Shown piece by piece: positions 48,911-64,000 of a DNA stretch of 64,000 nucleotides; position 1 is the stretch's first letter; each line of letters opens with the position of its first letter. The translations under genes were made by a program, and so were the position numbers. The notes below the pieces were generated by a model, which ran no database searches, was not told where the DNA came from, and was given only the letters and a program-made list of their open reading frames with translations. The stretch is from the human T2T-CHM13v2.0 reference genome, Homo sapiens. The stretch lies in NCBI RefSeq assembly GCF_009914755.1, contig NC_060933.1; one strand, written 5' to 3'.

Positions 48911-51444
48911 ATTTTTTTATTCTTAAATCAGTACCAATTAACAGGATAAAAATAATTATAGAAGAACCCATATTTATCAGGACTGCTATTTTGAGTACAT
49001 AAAATATCTAAGACTATCATACATGAATTAATGCAGTATTATTATGGAAAAAGATTCCAGAGACAGTGTCTTTCCTGGATATTTTTATTGGGACACCGGG
49101 GCATTCAGATGGCCTATTGAAATGAGACAAGGAGAGACAGTGAGAAATGTTTCTTTCATAGTATTCAGTTGATTTTTAAAGTTTGGGAACAAAAACTATA
49201 AAATGAGAACTCTGAGTTATTTCAAACTATGGCATTTGTGTGCTTTAGCTTCCTTAAAATATACATTTTTCTGATTATAAAAATAGTTTATGTTCAGGTG
49301 GGAAAATGTAGACATACAGAAAAATGTTTTTAAATGTATGGTCACCAGAGTTAACAAATGTGCTTCTTTAATGATACAAGAAATCTATATCTATAGCAAT
49401 CAAGAGGGAGGTAGAAAGAGAGAGAGACAGAGAAATAGAGAGATGACAGAGAGAGAGACAGGTTTGGCTGTTTGGTTTAAACATTTGGTAATTATTACCT
49501 TTAAACATAAACACAATTGTACATGTTCTGTTGTATGATGGTAGGGGTAGCTAAAAAAGAGGAAAACAGTTTCAACCATAGGATCATTGACTATAAACCA
49601 GAGAGATCTCATGGAAAGTAAAGTCACAGAACTAATCCAGGTCTTCCGAAGCTGCCATATTGTTACTGAGTAATGCCTGAAATAAATACTTCCTTCTTTT
49701 CTCCGGACCTCCTCTCATCACTTAGACTTAACCCTGAAGGATGGAGTGAGGAATGGCAGAAGTGTGAGGGTAAATAACAGAAATGGGATTAGAATGTCAT
49801 ATATACAATATTTGTTAATGAAAAAAATCTGGACAAGTCATGGCTTATTTTTAGGATCATTAAATAGTTGGAAAGGTCTAAGAATTTCTGGCATCAAAAG
49901 GGCATCTTTCAAAATGTCGTGTACTTCTGAGTCTGTCTTTTGCCCTTCACTTTACCATTTTCCTTATGAGCCTTAAGAGCCACAGTCGGCTGAGTTTGAG
50001 TCAGGTGAAGCCTACAGCCTTTTGATGCCCTCTACAATCTTCCAACATAGCCTCCTTTGTTATGTCAGTGACCATATGATGCATCCAACCTGAAAGCCAG
50101 TGTCCTCCACTTATTGCTATTTTTTAGTATCTGTATCCAAATCAATTGCTAGTGCATGCCTCATCTTTCCGTAAATCTCCTATTAGATTGCAGGCTAGTG
50201 GCTTTCATACTTGCTTTATGGAGCTCGAGGGGTTCCAAAGGAGATGCCTGTGGGACTGTCATGGATGGTGAGGGTGAGACCCATGCCTGGACGTCTCTGG
50301 GATCTTTACCCCTATTTTACCCCAATTTCAACCAGAGTAATTATACTTTTCTTTAGGTGTAACATATTGTCTTTTACATAATATTTAATTTGGTAAAACG
50401 ATGCCTCTGCTTAAATAAAAACACATTGGGGAACCCCTAACATAAGTTGCAGGATTTGCTCAGACAAAGACAGCCCAGAGCTGGAAGTGATGGATAGGTG
50501 TCCTGTGTGAGGAGTTACTGGCCAAGCCAATAGTCGTTAGAGGTACAGGTTTGAAACTGAACTGTGAGGCATGGGAAGTTGACTTGTATTTTCCACTGGC
50601 TGTAGACTGGAAACCAGATAATCATGCTCGTATGTAGAGGCTGGTAATGCTTAGATCGAAGGTTTGAGTGACAGGCTGTTCTAGTAGAGGGGATGGATTT
50701 TAAGTCATAAGCTTTATGACATTGATTTTTGTCAGTGGTATGGTTAAGCATGTTTGCTAGAAAGCAAAGTTTTAGGTAGATGAACTGTTACTGTATTCAT
50801 ATTAACATTGTATGTACTTGGATTAGAGAGTTAACATCAGCTCATTTACTCTGTGAGATATACTGCCCACAAACTCAAGGATTTGTAGGAGTTTAGGGAC
50901 TCTATTGAGTGTACACAGTTATTTCCTTCTAAATTGACATTAAAAATTTAAAATTCGCCACTCAAATCTCAGCAACCAAGTTTTCGTTTCAATCACACAA
51001 CAGAGCAAAATTTTGCTTTTCTTTGAACACATTCTACGTTACACAGTCTAAGAACTAAAATCAATTTAACCTAGTTTCTATCTCTTTTATGAGCCAAAAT
51101 TAGGAGTATCAAAAATATGATTTGAAGCCTAGGGCTCTTGCTGACTAGTCATATTTTAAAATTCTGAATCTAGAGATCTTAGACTTCAGTTCCTAGAGTA
51201 CATGGCAAACTTCATTTTCCAGTGTAACCCTAGATGATACATGTATGCCATCCTTAGAAGGAGTCAGATATCATCATTAAATAATCCATAAACTAAAACT
51301 TGTTTTCATGATCCCCTACTAGAAGTCAAGTCCATTTAAAGATCTAATAAAAAGAAGAGAAACCTTAGCAATGTGCTCAGAATACCAGAACATAGGAGGA
51401 ATATAGGTCTGAGTTTTCAGAAATACGTATGCTGCTGTGGCTCA

Positions 51445-51815
<371 letters not shown>

Positions 51816-52561
51816 CTATTTTTGAGCTGGTTGGCATTCATTAGCCCACCCTTAGACCTCATTTTCTCTCCATATAAGATAAAAAATGCCACCACAAACA
51901 TTAGCTTTTCCTTGTGATGGGCTCTGTAGGGTAGGTTGCCACCTTAGGAGGGTCTAGTTGTGACTGTTTTGCAGGGGAAAAAAATCCTGTTTCTCTTCAT
52001 TAGTCTCAAAATTTTAGGGAATCACAAATCATCATCACCTTTATCATCATGTCTTTGTAATCATTTATTGAATATTCCACTATTTGCCACATACTGTTAA
52101 TACAGCCTCCATAAAATTTACGAAAATTTTTTTTCGTATGTATGTATACATTGATACATCCTCAGGGAAATGCTTAGAAATAAGTACCACCAGCTTCATT
52201 TTACAGATGACCAATCTGAGGCACAGAGGCTAAATAACTTAACTTGTAAGTGGCAGATCTAGAATTCAAACTCAGGATGGCTTGAATCCCTGGACTCTGA
52301 CCATGAAGCTTCCTGGTCTATCTCAGAGCAGACCTTAATCTGATCTGAGATAGGCATAGCACTGCACAGGCACTTAGAAGCAGAGAGGACGCCTTTAAAA
52401 CATCACCATGATGAAGGTGCTAATATAAATTCCAAGACTAAATGTGCAGAGCCCAAGTCACTTGCATTCCTGCCAAAAGATTCAATTTTAAAAATGTTTA
52501 TCTTTTTGTTCTGTGTGTACCGTACCGTCATTCTGAGATAGCCACTGTTAATATTTTCTAG

Positions 52562-52936
<375 letters not shown>

Positions 52937-53438
52937 CTACTTACATTCTTGTAGTTACCTCTGACACTGAGCTGCGGCTTCAATTGACTTTACTTTAATT
53001 CACTCACTCTTATGCCTCTCTGTTCAAATTTTGTCAACCCAGATGTGCAGCTCAGCCTTCTACCTCAACTAAAACTAAGAACGGGAGCAATTTCTCCACC
53101 CCCAGACAGACACACAGGTACAGATGGACATACAGCCACAATCATAAATACAGAGACACGGGGACTGACATACATTTGTGAGTATTGTGAGTACAACACA
53201 CTGAACTGACGACTGGAGACAAAGAAGCAGTTTCTACAGAGGCAATGCAAAGAACTTCACAAGTATCAGTCTCCCCTATCTGTTCAAGTCCTTCAGCTGC
53301 ATACTGTATTGCTTGGCCATTCTTTTTTTTTCTCTTTCCTTTTGTGCCATCCATTGGAATTTCAATTTGGATTATATTAAATTTATGAATTAATTTAGGA
53401 AGAATTATCATCTTTCCAATGTTCTACCTTTCTGCTAA

Positions 53439-53787
<349 letters not shown>

Positions 53788-54398
53788 TGATAAAACTTCA
53801 TGGATATTTTCATATGTACCCTATGCATTTCACATTGTGCTATTACAATTGTGATTTACTAATCAGATACCCTAGTATCTATGGAAGATAAATCATTTAA
53901 TAAGTCGCTGAAATAATTTGCTAATATTTTATTTGGGATTTTTGATTTTTCACATGTAAGGAGTAGTTTTCTTTTTTCAGCTATTTTAGGTTAGCTAACA
54001 GAATTCTACTAGCTTAAAAGAATAGATACCTAATTTAAAACAAAGTTCTTATATTACATAAACTCATTAGCAAAACCAGCTGGCCCTATGGATTTTTGGT
54101 GAGATAAGTTAGGCTTTTTACTTTTTGAGTTCAACTTTAGGAATTTATATTTCCTAATAAAAATCATTTTATATATATTTTTAAACTTACCTGAAAATTG
54201 TACATAGTTCCCGTATGATTAAAGCATCTTCTTAACAAGATTTACTTCGTTTTACTCTCAATTTTAGTTACAAAGAGATCCCAGAGGCTCACTATTGTGA
54301 ATTCTACCCACACCTAAGAACATCTTTTAGACTTCTCATTTTTCTCTTTAGTTAGGTTTATTTTTTCTCTCTGCCTTTCCTGGTTGTATTAGTTCTTT

Positions 54399-55133
54399 TG
54401 TGTCCGGAATTTATTCATTCCGGTGGGTTCTTGGTCTCACTGTGGACCCTTGCGGTGAGTGTTACAGTTCTTAAAGATGGTGTGTCCAGAGTTTGTTCCT
54501 TCAGATGTGTCTGGAGTTTCTTCCTTCCAGTGGGTTTGTGGTCTCGCTGACTTCAGGAGTGAAGCCGCAAACCTTCCCAGTGAGTGTTACAGCTCTTAAA
54601 GGTGGCGCATCCAGAGTTGTTTGTTCCTTCCGGTGGGTTCGTGGTCTCACTGACCTCAGGAGTGAAGCCGCAGACCCTCTCAGTGAGTGTTTCAGCTCAT
54701 AAAGGTAGTGCAGACCCAAAGAGTGAGCAGCAGCAAGATTTATTGTGAAGAGCAAAAGAACAAAGATTCCACAGTGTGGAAGGGGATCTGAGCGGGTTGC
54801 CGCTGCTGGCTCAGGTGGCCAGCTTTTATTCCCTTATTTGGCCCTGCCCACATCCTGCTGATTGGTCCATTTTGCAGAGAGCTGATTGGTCCATTTTACA
54901 GAGTGCTGATTGGTCCTTTTTACAGAGAGCTGATTGGTCCATTTTACAGAGTGCTGATTGGTCCATTTTACAGAGTGCTGATTGGTGCATTTACAATCCT
55001 TTAGCTAGACACAGAGCACTGATTGGTATGTTTTTACAGAGTGCTGATTGGTGCATTTACAATCCTCTAGCTAGACAGAAAAGTTCTCCAAGTCCCCACT
55101 TGACCCAGGAAGTCCAGCTGGCTTCACCTCTCA
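54399..55133 (-). mobile_element. Solo ERV9 LTR (short LTR12-type), 735 bp, antisense in TEK intron 1
   Basis: On the + strand begins tgtgtccggaat and ends gcttcacctctca (reverse complement of LTR12 termini); 4-bp TSD CTTT at 54395-54398 and 55134-55137; homologous to the 9052-10480 element. Confidence 0.93.
54857..54990. repeat. 24-bp tandem repeat (gctgattggtccattttacagagt) within LTR12 U3
   Basis: ATTGG at 54861, 54885, 54909, 54933, 54957, 54981 (exact 24-bp period). Confidence 0.95.
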
Positions 55134-55202
55134 CTTTTAAAACTGTTGAGCAGAGTTCTTGATTTATTTATATTCAGTAGTAAGCAAAGTATTTGAAACT
55201 AT

Positions 55203-55440
55203 ACCTGACACTTGAATAACACAAGTTTGAGCTTCATGGGCCCACTTACACCCAGCTGTTTTTCAATCACAGATGGAAAATACAGTATTCACAGGATCTG
55301 AAACTCACATAAACAGATGGGTCCAACTTTTCGTATATGCGTGTTACTAGAGTGGAGTACAGGAATTGAGTATGTGTGAATTTGGTTGTACACAAGTGGT
55401 CCTGGAACCAATCCCCTGTGTGTACCAAGGAACAGCTATG
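55203..55440 (-). mobile_element. TcMar-Tigger MITE (MER8-like)
   Basis: cttgaataacacaagtttgagct...gtcctggaaccaatcccctg resembles MER8 reverse complement as recalled. Confidence 0.7.
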
Positions 55441-55485
55441 TAATGTTTTAGATTCACTGTAGCAGTTTTGAAAGTAGGATTCTTA

Positions 55486-55807
<322 letters not shown>

Positions 55808-55876
55808 CTAAAAATCCTGTCTTTTTACTTTTGATTTTTTTCTGAGAATTAATAATTATTTGGAAGACAGCTTTAA

Positions 55877-56179
<303 letters not shown>

Positions 56180-59100
56180 TGACAGCTTTATGATTTTTGA
56201 GAAGTTGGTTTTCTTTTTTTTTGTTCAACAATATATTGTTAAACTTGATTTACTGTGTTGTGGTGTGGGATTGTTTTGTTGTGGTTTGAGAGTATTGTAT
56301 GGAAAATTTCTTTTGTTGGGCTTCAGTGAGTTGAGAGGGAGAGGAAGAGAGAGTGTGTGTATGTATAGTACAGCAGGAGTAACAACAGGGTTGATATTCC
56401 ACAGTTGTATACTAGTTTGTCTGTATTAGTTGTTAAAAGAGTGAAATAATTGTGTATGATTTGGTAAATAACTGCTGCATGGGCCGCCTATGTTCCCCCT
56501 GTCCTGCCACCTTGGCTTCCCCAGTCCCGCTACCTTAGACTCTCTAGACTTCCCAGTAATTTAGCAATGAAAGGGTTAATGCTAGCCCATTAGGGTTTTT
56601 CAGATCCATTTCCTGGTGCTCAGATCAGTGTCCATTTTAATCGGTTGGTCCAGGTTGAATTTCACCTTTGAGCAACACCAAACTTATTTAAGTTAGGCAA
56701 ATTCAACTATATAATTCTTGATCGAAAACATGTAGAAAATAAGTATAATATAAACAATGCAGGTGATTTCACTTGCCCTTTCACTTCATATGCCCCACAC
56801 TGAGCTTAGTCCCAATTCTTGTGGTCTCTCATACGCTCACCATGTTTGAAGGCATACATACTTTTTATGCTGTCTGGTTCCTGAACACCACTTTATCTGG
56901 TTCTCACCCAAAGAAACAGGGATCTGTTTGTGAAACTTACATTAGCAAAAAAGAAAAAAAAAAAAAAAAAAGAAACATTAATCTCTTCCAATGCTGGAGG
57001 AAAACCTACCTGTTTCATTGGTGAATAAATGATATATGTCCACATTTCCCTTTATGGGTTATTTTAAGGATTGCCAAGAGTCCTTTTGTCTATATACGAT
57101 TGCACTGATCTTTGTAACCTCGACTCCTATAGAATGTGTTGCTCCACTGGCTATATATGTAATTATAAAGACATATATCTTATATATGTCTTACATAAAG
57201 ATATACATATCTTTATAATTATTTAAATGTTATATTTGATTTTTAGTCTACTTTATCTGTCAAAATGGGAGTGGTGTGGTGCTATCTTCTAAAACTATTA
57301 TGTTTTCCTTACATTTTTTTGCTTTTAACAGTTTATCCTTTATATATTTGATCCTATATGATTTGGAGAACAAAGATACATAGCTGTTATGCCTCTACTG
57401 TGGATTTTACTTTCTAGCAACATAATATGAGAGACTATGTTCTACTTTATGCCTTCAATCTTGAGTTTTACCTTGTCTGAAACTAGTATTATTTTTGCTT
57501 TCTTTTCTTTCTTCATTCTTTTATTGGTCCTTTTTTCTTTTAATTTATTCGTTAAGTTCTCTGCCTATCTCTGTTTTTAAGATTTTATGATTTTTGTTCT
57601 AAGTGAATGTTCCACAAGCATCATCTTGGAAGATTTAATTTTCTTCTGCTGTCTGAAAGTATTTGTCTTTCTATAGGTCACTTAAAACATTTACCTTTAA
57701 ATCATAAATGCTAGTCAATCTTAACTTCTAACATATTGTTTTATACTTTATTTTTTACACTTTCCTGTTTTTCCTTTTTGGTTTTTGTTTTCTTTCTTTT
57801 GCTTATTTGGCTTATATTTTGTTTATATTTATCTTCCCTGGTTATTTTGATGTATACACCCTGTTTTTTATTTTATTAATGGCCACCTTCAAGTTTTTCA
57901 AAAGTGTTATTTAACCTGTACTTCTCTATTTCTAGTATTAAATAGTGAAAGTATATTTTGAACACTCATGTGTCAATGAGGAACTCTGCATACTGTAACT
58001 TTCTCTCATCCTTCCTTTTCCCTTCCAAGTCTTTGCTAATTTACCATGAAATCTGAGATATATGTTACTTTTTGCAGTAGTTATTTTCAAGAGGAACTTT
58101 GACTTAAAATATACTTTCATGATGAAAATACATTTTTCAGTCTAATTCCATTGGCCTTTATGGTTACTAGATGTGACAATAAGTCTATTGACTACTTGGT
58201 TAGCACTGTAGTTACAATTTTTAAAAAATATTTTCTCATCTTTAGTGGGAAGTTGGAAGAGACTGACAAGGATGCTAGTCAAATGACATTTTAAATCTGA
58301 GGTCCGGACTTCAGAATTAAGTGGATATACTTCCATTACATGATGCTGTTAATTAAATGTGACCTAACATTGGTGTGTTTTAAAATCCTTTGTTTTCTTT
58401 AATTAAAAAAGAAACAGGTATAATGGGTTTGGATTTTTAGTTATAACAGTCTGCACATTTAAACTTTATTTTTTTGAATTGTGCAAAGTAACAGAACATA
58501 AATCTCTATTACCATTGAGATTTCAGCTGCATCTTGGAAGAGATTGGACTTCAGCAGATAAACATATGTAGAGAAGGGCATCCTTGGCAGGAGAAATAAT
58601 GTCACAATGTCCAGGAAAGGAAAGCTTGCAGGGAGTTTGGGGCTAAAAAGACCAAAGGTAAAAATTTGCAGTAGTTGAAGTGAGAGAATGAGGATATGAA
58701 AAGGAATGTGAGGGACAATACAGAGCTAGAATGGACAGACAATGGACTGGATATTAGCAGTGAAAGAGTTGTTGACAATAACTTGGAGTTTTTAAGCATC
58801 TGTACTTGTGAAGGTGAATCTTTACGATACAATGAGAGAAAGAGTGAAGGTTGAGAGGAGAGAAGATACTAAGTTCTTACTGGACATGTTGCATTTGAGA
58901 TGCCTATGTAGGTGTCCAGCAGGCACTTTCATAACATGCATTTATTATTGGGAAGACAGAATTAGAGACCTAGATTTGGAACAGGTGCTAAGCAAAGTCC
59001 TGAAAGTTGGTGAGATCACTGTGAAAACGGAAATGGGGACTTCCGTAGCACTGGTCAGGCCATAATTTCTGGGCTAAGGCCATAGCCACTTGCTGAGTTT

Positions 59101-60378
59101 TGGCAAGGAGGGTGAATGGGAAATGAGATCCAAGAGAAATCTGCTATTTTAGATTCATAGTCTTACATGTGGTCCAGAGAGTACTCGTGTTTCTACTGGG
59201 ATGATCAAAGTACTAAGGCAAAGGGGTTCCCAGTCAAACAATGGATATGGAGAAGCTACTGTGCCCAACTTTGTTAGGAAAAAGGAAGAGTTATGAATTC
59301 TATCACTGTTCCGGATGTTTTACATTTGAGATCTCCTTTAGTCATCGCTGTTGCTTATTTTGTCTAAGCCAGTTTCCTCATCCGTGGTATGGAGGTATAA
59401 TGTCTAATTCATATGGTGGTTGTGAGAACTCATTAAAAACAATGCACGTTAAAGTAACTAGACTGTGGAAGTTACTTAATAAGTTAAAGCTATTGTTAAT
59501 GATTTTTGTAACTATTCGTGTGTCATTGAAACACTGCTATTGTGAAACACAACTAGCAAACACTTGATAGTAGTGATTTGCACACTGCTCTTTAAAGAGC
59601 CGCTCTAGGGAGGTACCCAAAGGGAGTGCTTCAAGATTGAGGGAGCATGTACAAAGCTGGGCTTCTGTTTCTTTATCAACCCACAGGAAGCATGGTGTTA
59701 TCTGTGTGCGTTGCTTGAAATGAGCGTAGGTAGACCTAAAAGCACCAGGGGAGGGAGCGGTGATTGAAACTAGAGAGAGCATTGGCAAGAGAGGGTTGTC
59801 CCCAAGAACTGTGGCTTCTGTAGATGGCTCAACAGAGACGGAGCTGGGAAAATAAATAGCCTGACCACACTGTCCTTCCACCCTTGTATGTCCTGCTGGC
59901 ACTTTCTGCTACCTGAACCCAGTGGGACATAGGTAGCCATCATGGATCCAGGGTTGAGTGGAGAAGGGAGGAGAGCAGCCAGGGAGGGGGCACACCTTGT
60001 CAGAATGAAGAGAAGAACCGAGAAACAGCCTGGTTTTAGCAAGTGAGACTCATACACTGTGATGTTGAAATTTGTGTACTAAATGTGACTTAAGAATAGA
60101 GCCAGCCCATGACCAGAATATCTGATTTGAACATTTAATGAAATTGCCTCTCTGGCTTTCATGTTTTAGATGGCTTTTCCTCAAGTGACTGCAGAGATAG
60201 GCTGTGTCTCCTTACTTCCAGAACAACATATATATATATGTACACACGCACATTGTCTACATAGGAAGATAAAGGAGAAGTTGTTTTCCTAAGCCATTAG
60301 TGTCATGAAATGCATGGCAGCTGCTGTATATAGGATCATGGCCTGTCATACTGCCATACCTACTGGCTACCAGGTTTA

Positions 60379-60876
<498 letters not shown>

Positions 60877-62819
60877 TCATGCGAAGATGCTATGGATGAT
60901 TCATAAAGAAGAGCTCCCAGTGTGTTTGGAATGATGTTACTGCCATCGGAATGAATATGGGGACTGGTAGGGGCCCATGGGGATTACACTTAATACATTT
61001 ATACCTAAAGTTTCTCAAGAACTCTCTCTTAACGAATGCGCATAGGCCTCCGACTCTTGAGATATTTAGGCCTGCAGTTTGATAGAGGAAAAACAGACAT
61101 AAAATCCAGTTGGAATTTCACCTGGCAAATGTTTATCTGTCGTTTGGAAGCACACAGGATTTTTTTTTTAATTGAGGCGAGGGAATGTGATCAGACAAGC
61201 TACTTCCCAAATAGGTGGCACACAATCACAGAAATAATTCACATATGGCCTGGAAGACAATAGATTCCAAAATTGTAGTAAAGCAATTCCTAAACTAAAT
61301 GGTACAAGGCTGGAGGGCCTCTGAGCCCTCTTCCAGTACTGAGCTAAGAATATGTCCCCTCTAGTGAGCTGGAGAACTGTGCTTCAGAACCTAGAGCTCC
61401 TGTCCTGTTCGAGAGGGAAGAAAAGCAACATATAGGGAGGGAAAAGAGAATTCTTGGAGCAAAATATTGGGAGAGTATATTTCATTGTCAGGTTGAACAA
61501 ACAGAATTCCACAAGACAGTGTTGCCAGGAATAGAATATCGACTGTGCACACACTTCTAAAGATGAAGAAAATGTAAGTGGGGGTTCTTGGGCTTAGAGA
61601 CACATATGTGGGCTCTTTGGGTTAGGTTAGGTGAGTGGTCTCCCTGAGGTTCAGCTGGCAAAGACCCAAGAAGCAACTTCTTAAGCTCATCTCCAAATAG
61701 CCCCCTGATCTCCCCAAGGCTGCCACCACATTGCCAGGCTGGTTGTGAAACTGCTTTTCCAGAATTGCTTGCACGTGCAGAGAACTGGTCTCCTGTTAAG
61801 GTCAGCCCTGTAAAAAAGGGGGCAAGAATCAAAGGACTCTTGAAGGAAACACAGGAACTCTTCCTTAGCTCTTGATCGGCCTGTTTCCTGCCCATGTGGG
61901 TTTGAAGTGTGAGGGAGGGTAAGCACACAGCAGGACACAAAGCCATGAGCCGTCCTTCCTTCTAAGGGTGTCTTAGCTCCAAGATGACTTTAAAAACAGT
62001 CTTCCTCTGGGGATGACACAGGCCATAATTTCACACAGATTTACTTGATCAAACTGGCTTTGTGCCATGATAATACCAATAGTCCTTTACACAGAAATCA
62101 ATGATTTAGAAGCTATCACCCTGTTTTACACATGAGGAAACTAAGACAGAACTTCAAGACCAAAGTTCTTAATGACTCCACTGTCCTGTTAATCATGTCA
62201 GGCAATTAGTAATTCACAAAATAGTCACCTGGGTTTAAGATGTATTACTTTCAGTTACTGCTAGAATTGTTCCAGTTCAACTCATACATATTTAAAATGA
62301 GTAGTCTGTCAAACACAGTGCTTGGTGCTGGGGCGTTGAAGACAGAAAGCTCATTGTCTAAGGAAGAAGACAGACATGTCAATATTTAATTAGAACAATG
62401 TCATTAGATTGATTAGTTGTGTGTGCCTTCCTATAAATAAAAATCTTTATTTTAAAATTATAGAGGAAATGAAATACAAAACTAAGCATGCAAAGCAATA
62501 AGTGAATATCTTCTATGGTGCTGCTTCTCTCAGCCCCCATGTGCCTGCCAGTTTTATCAGCAACAGGTAACACTGTTATCAGGTTGGTGTATGACTTCTA
62601 AGCTTAGATGTCATCGTACTGTTCTACATCTTGTTTTCTTCACTTTATATTTCAAGGCTCATGCAAACTTATAATACCCTATTACATGTATGTACCGTTA
62701 TTTATTTAGAGATGCTTCTGTTGATGAACTTTATATTGTTTACAGTTTGTGGCTATATGCTGCAATGAATATCCTTGCCATATCTTTGCATATTTTTACT
62801 GGTAAATATGAAAGATACA

Positions 62820-64000
<1,181 letters not shown>

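Noticed and set aside
54776-55162. 128-aa ORF with ADWSILQ repeats; the 24-bp repeat looks superficially array-like
   Set aside because: Translation of the LTR12 CCAAT tandem repeat; no unique spacers, so not CRISPR-like and not a repeat protein
56569-56580. aagggttaa resembling a piggyBac end with TTAA
   Set aside because: No matching partner terminus at a plausible distance; too short to support

Overview
Primate (almost certainly human) genomic DNA with about 25 kb of repeat-rich upstream sequence, the promoter and first exon of TEK (TIE2, the angiopoietin receptor tyrosine kinase; chr9p21 from recall), and the first ~38 kb of its long intron 1, all on the + strand. The only supportable protein-coding sequence is the 52-nt coding end of exon 1 (26163-26214, MDSLASLVLCGVSLLLS/G, signal peptide), which is too short to appear in the ORF track; exon 2 is not in the window. 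A non-repetitive intronic block near 34.2-34.6 kb matches, from memory, the Tie2 intron-1 endothelial enhancer. The rest is mostly transposon-derived: 37 Alu/FLAM copies, two solo ERV9/LTR12 LTRs, one complete two-LTR MST (MaLR) element, L1 fragments, MIR/L2/MLT relics and Tigger/mariner DNA transposon relics. I find no clearly new biological system. The best lead is a sense-oriented LTR12C ~16 kb upstream of the TEK ATG that has intact promoter motifs, a mutated poly(A) signal and a perfect splice donor 10 nt past its end, making it a candidate cryptic alternative TEK promoter. Repeat subfamily calls and most repeat boundaries are by eye and approximate.
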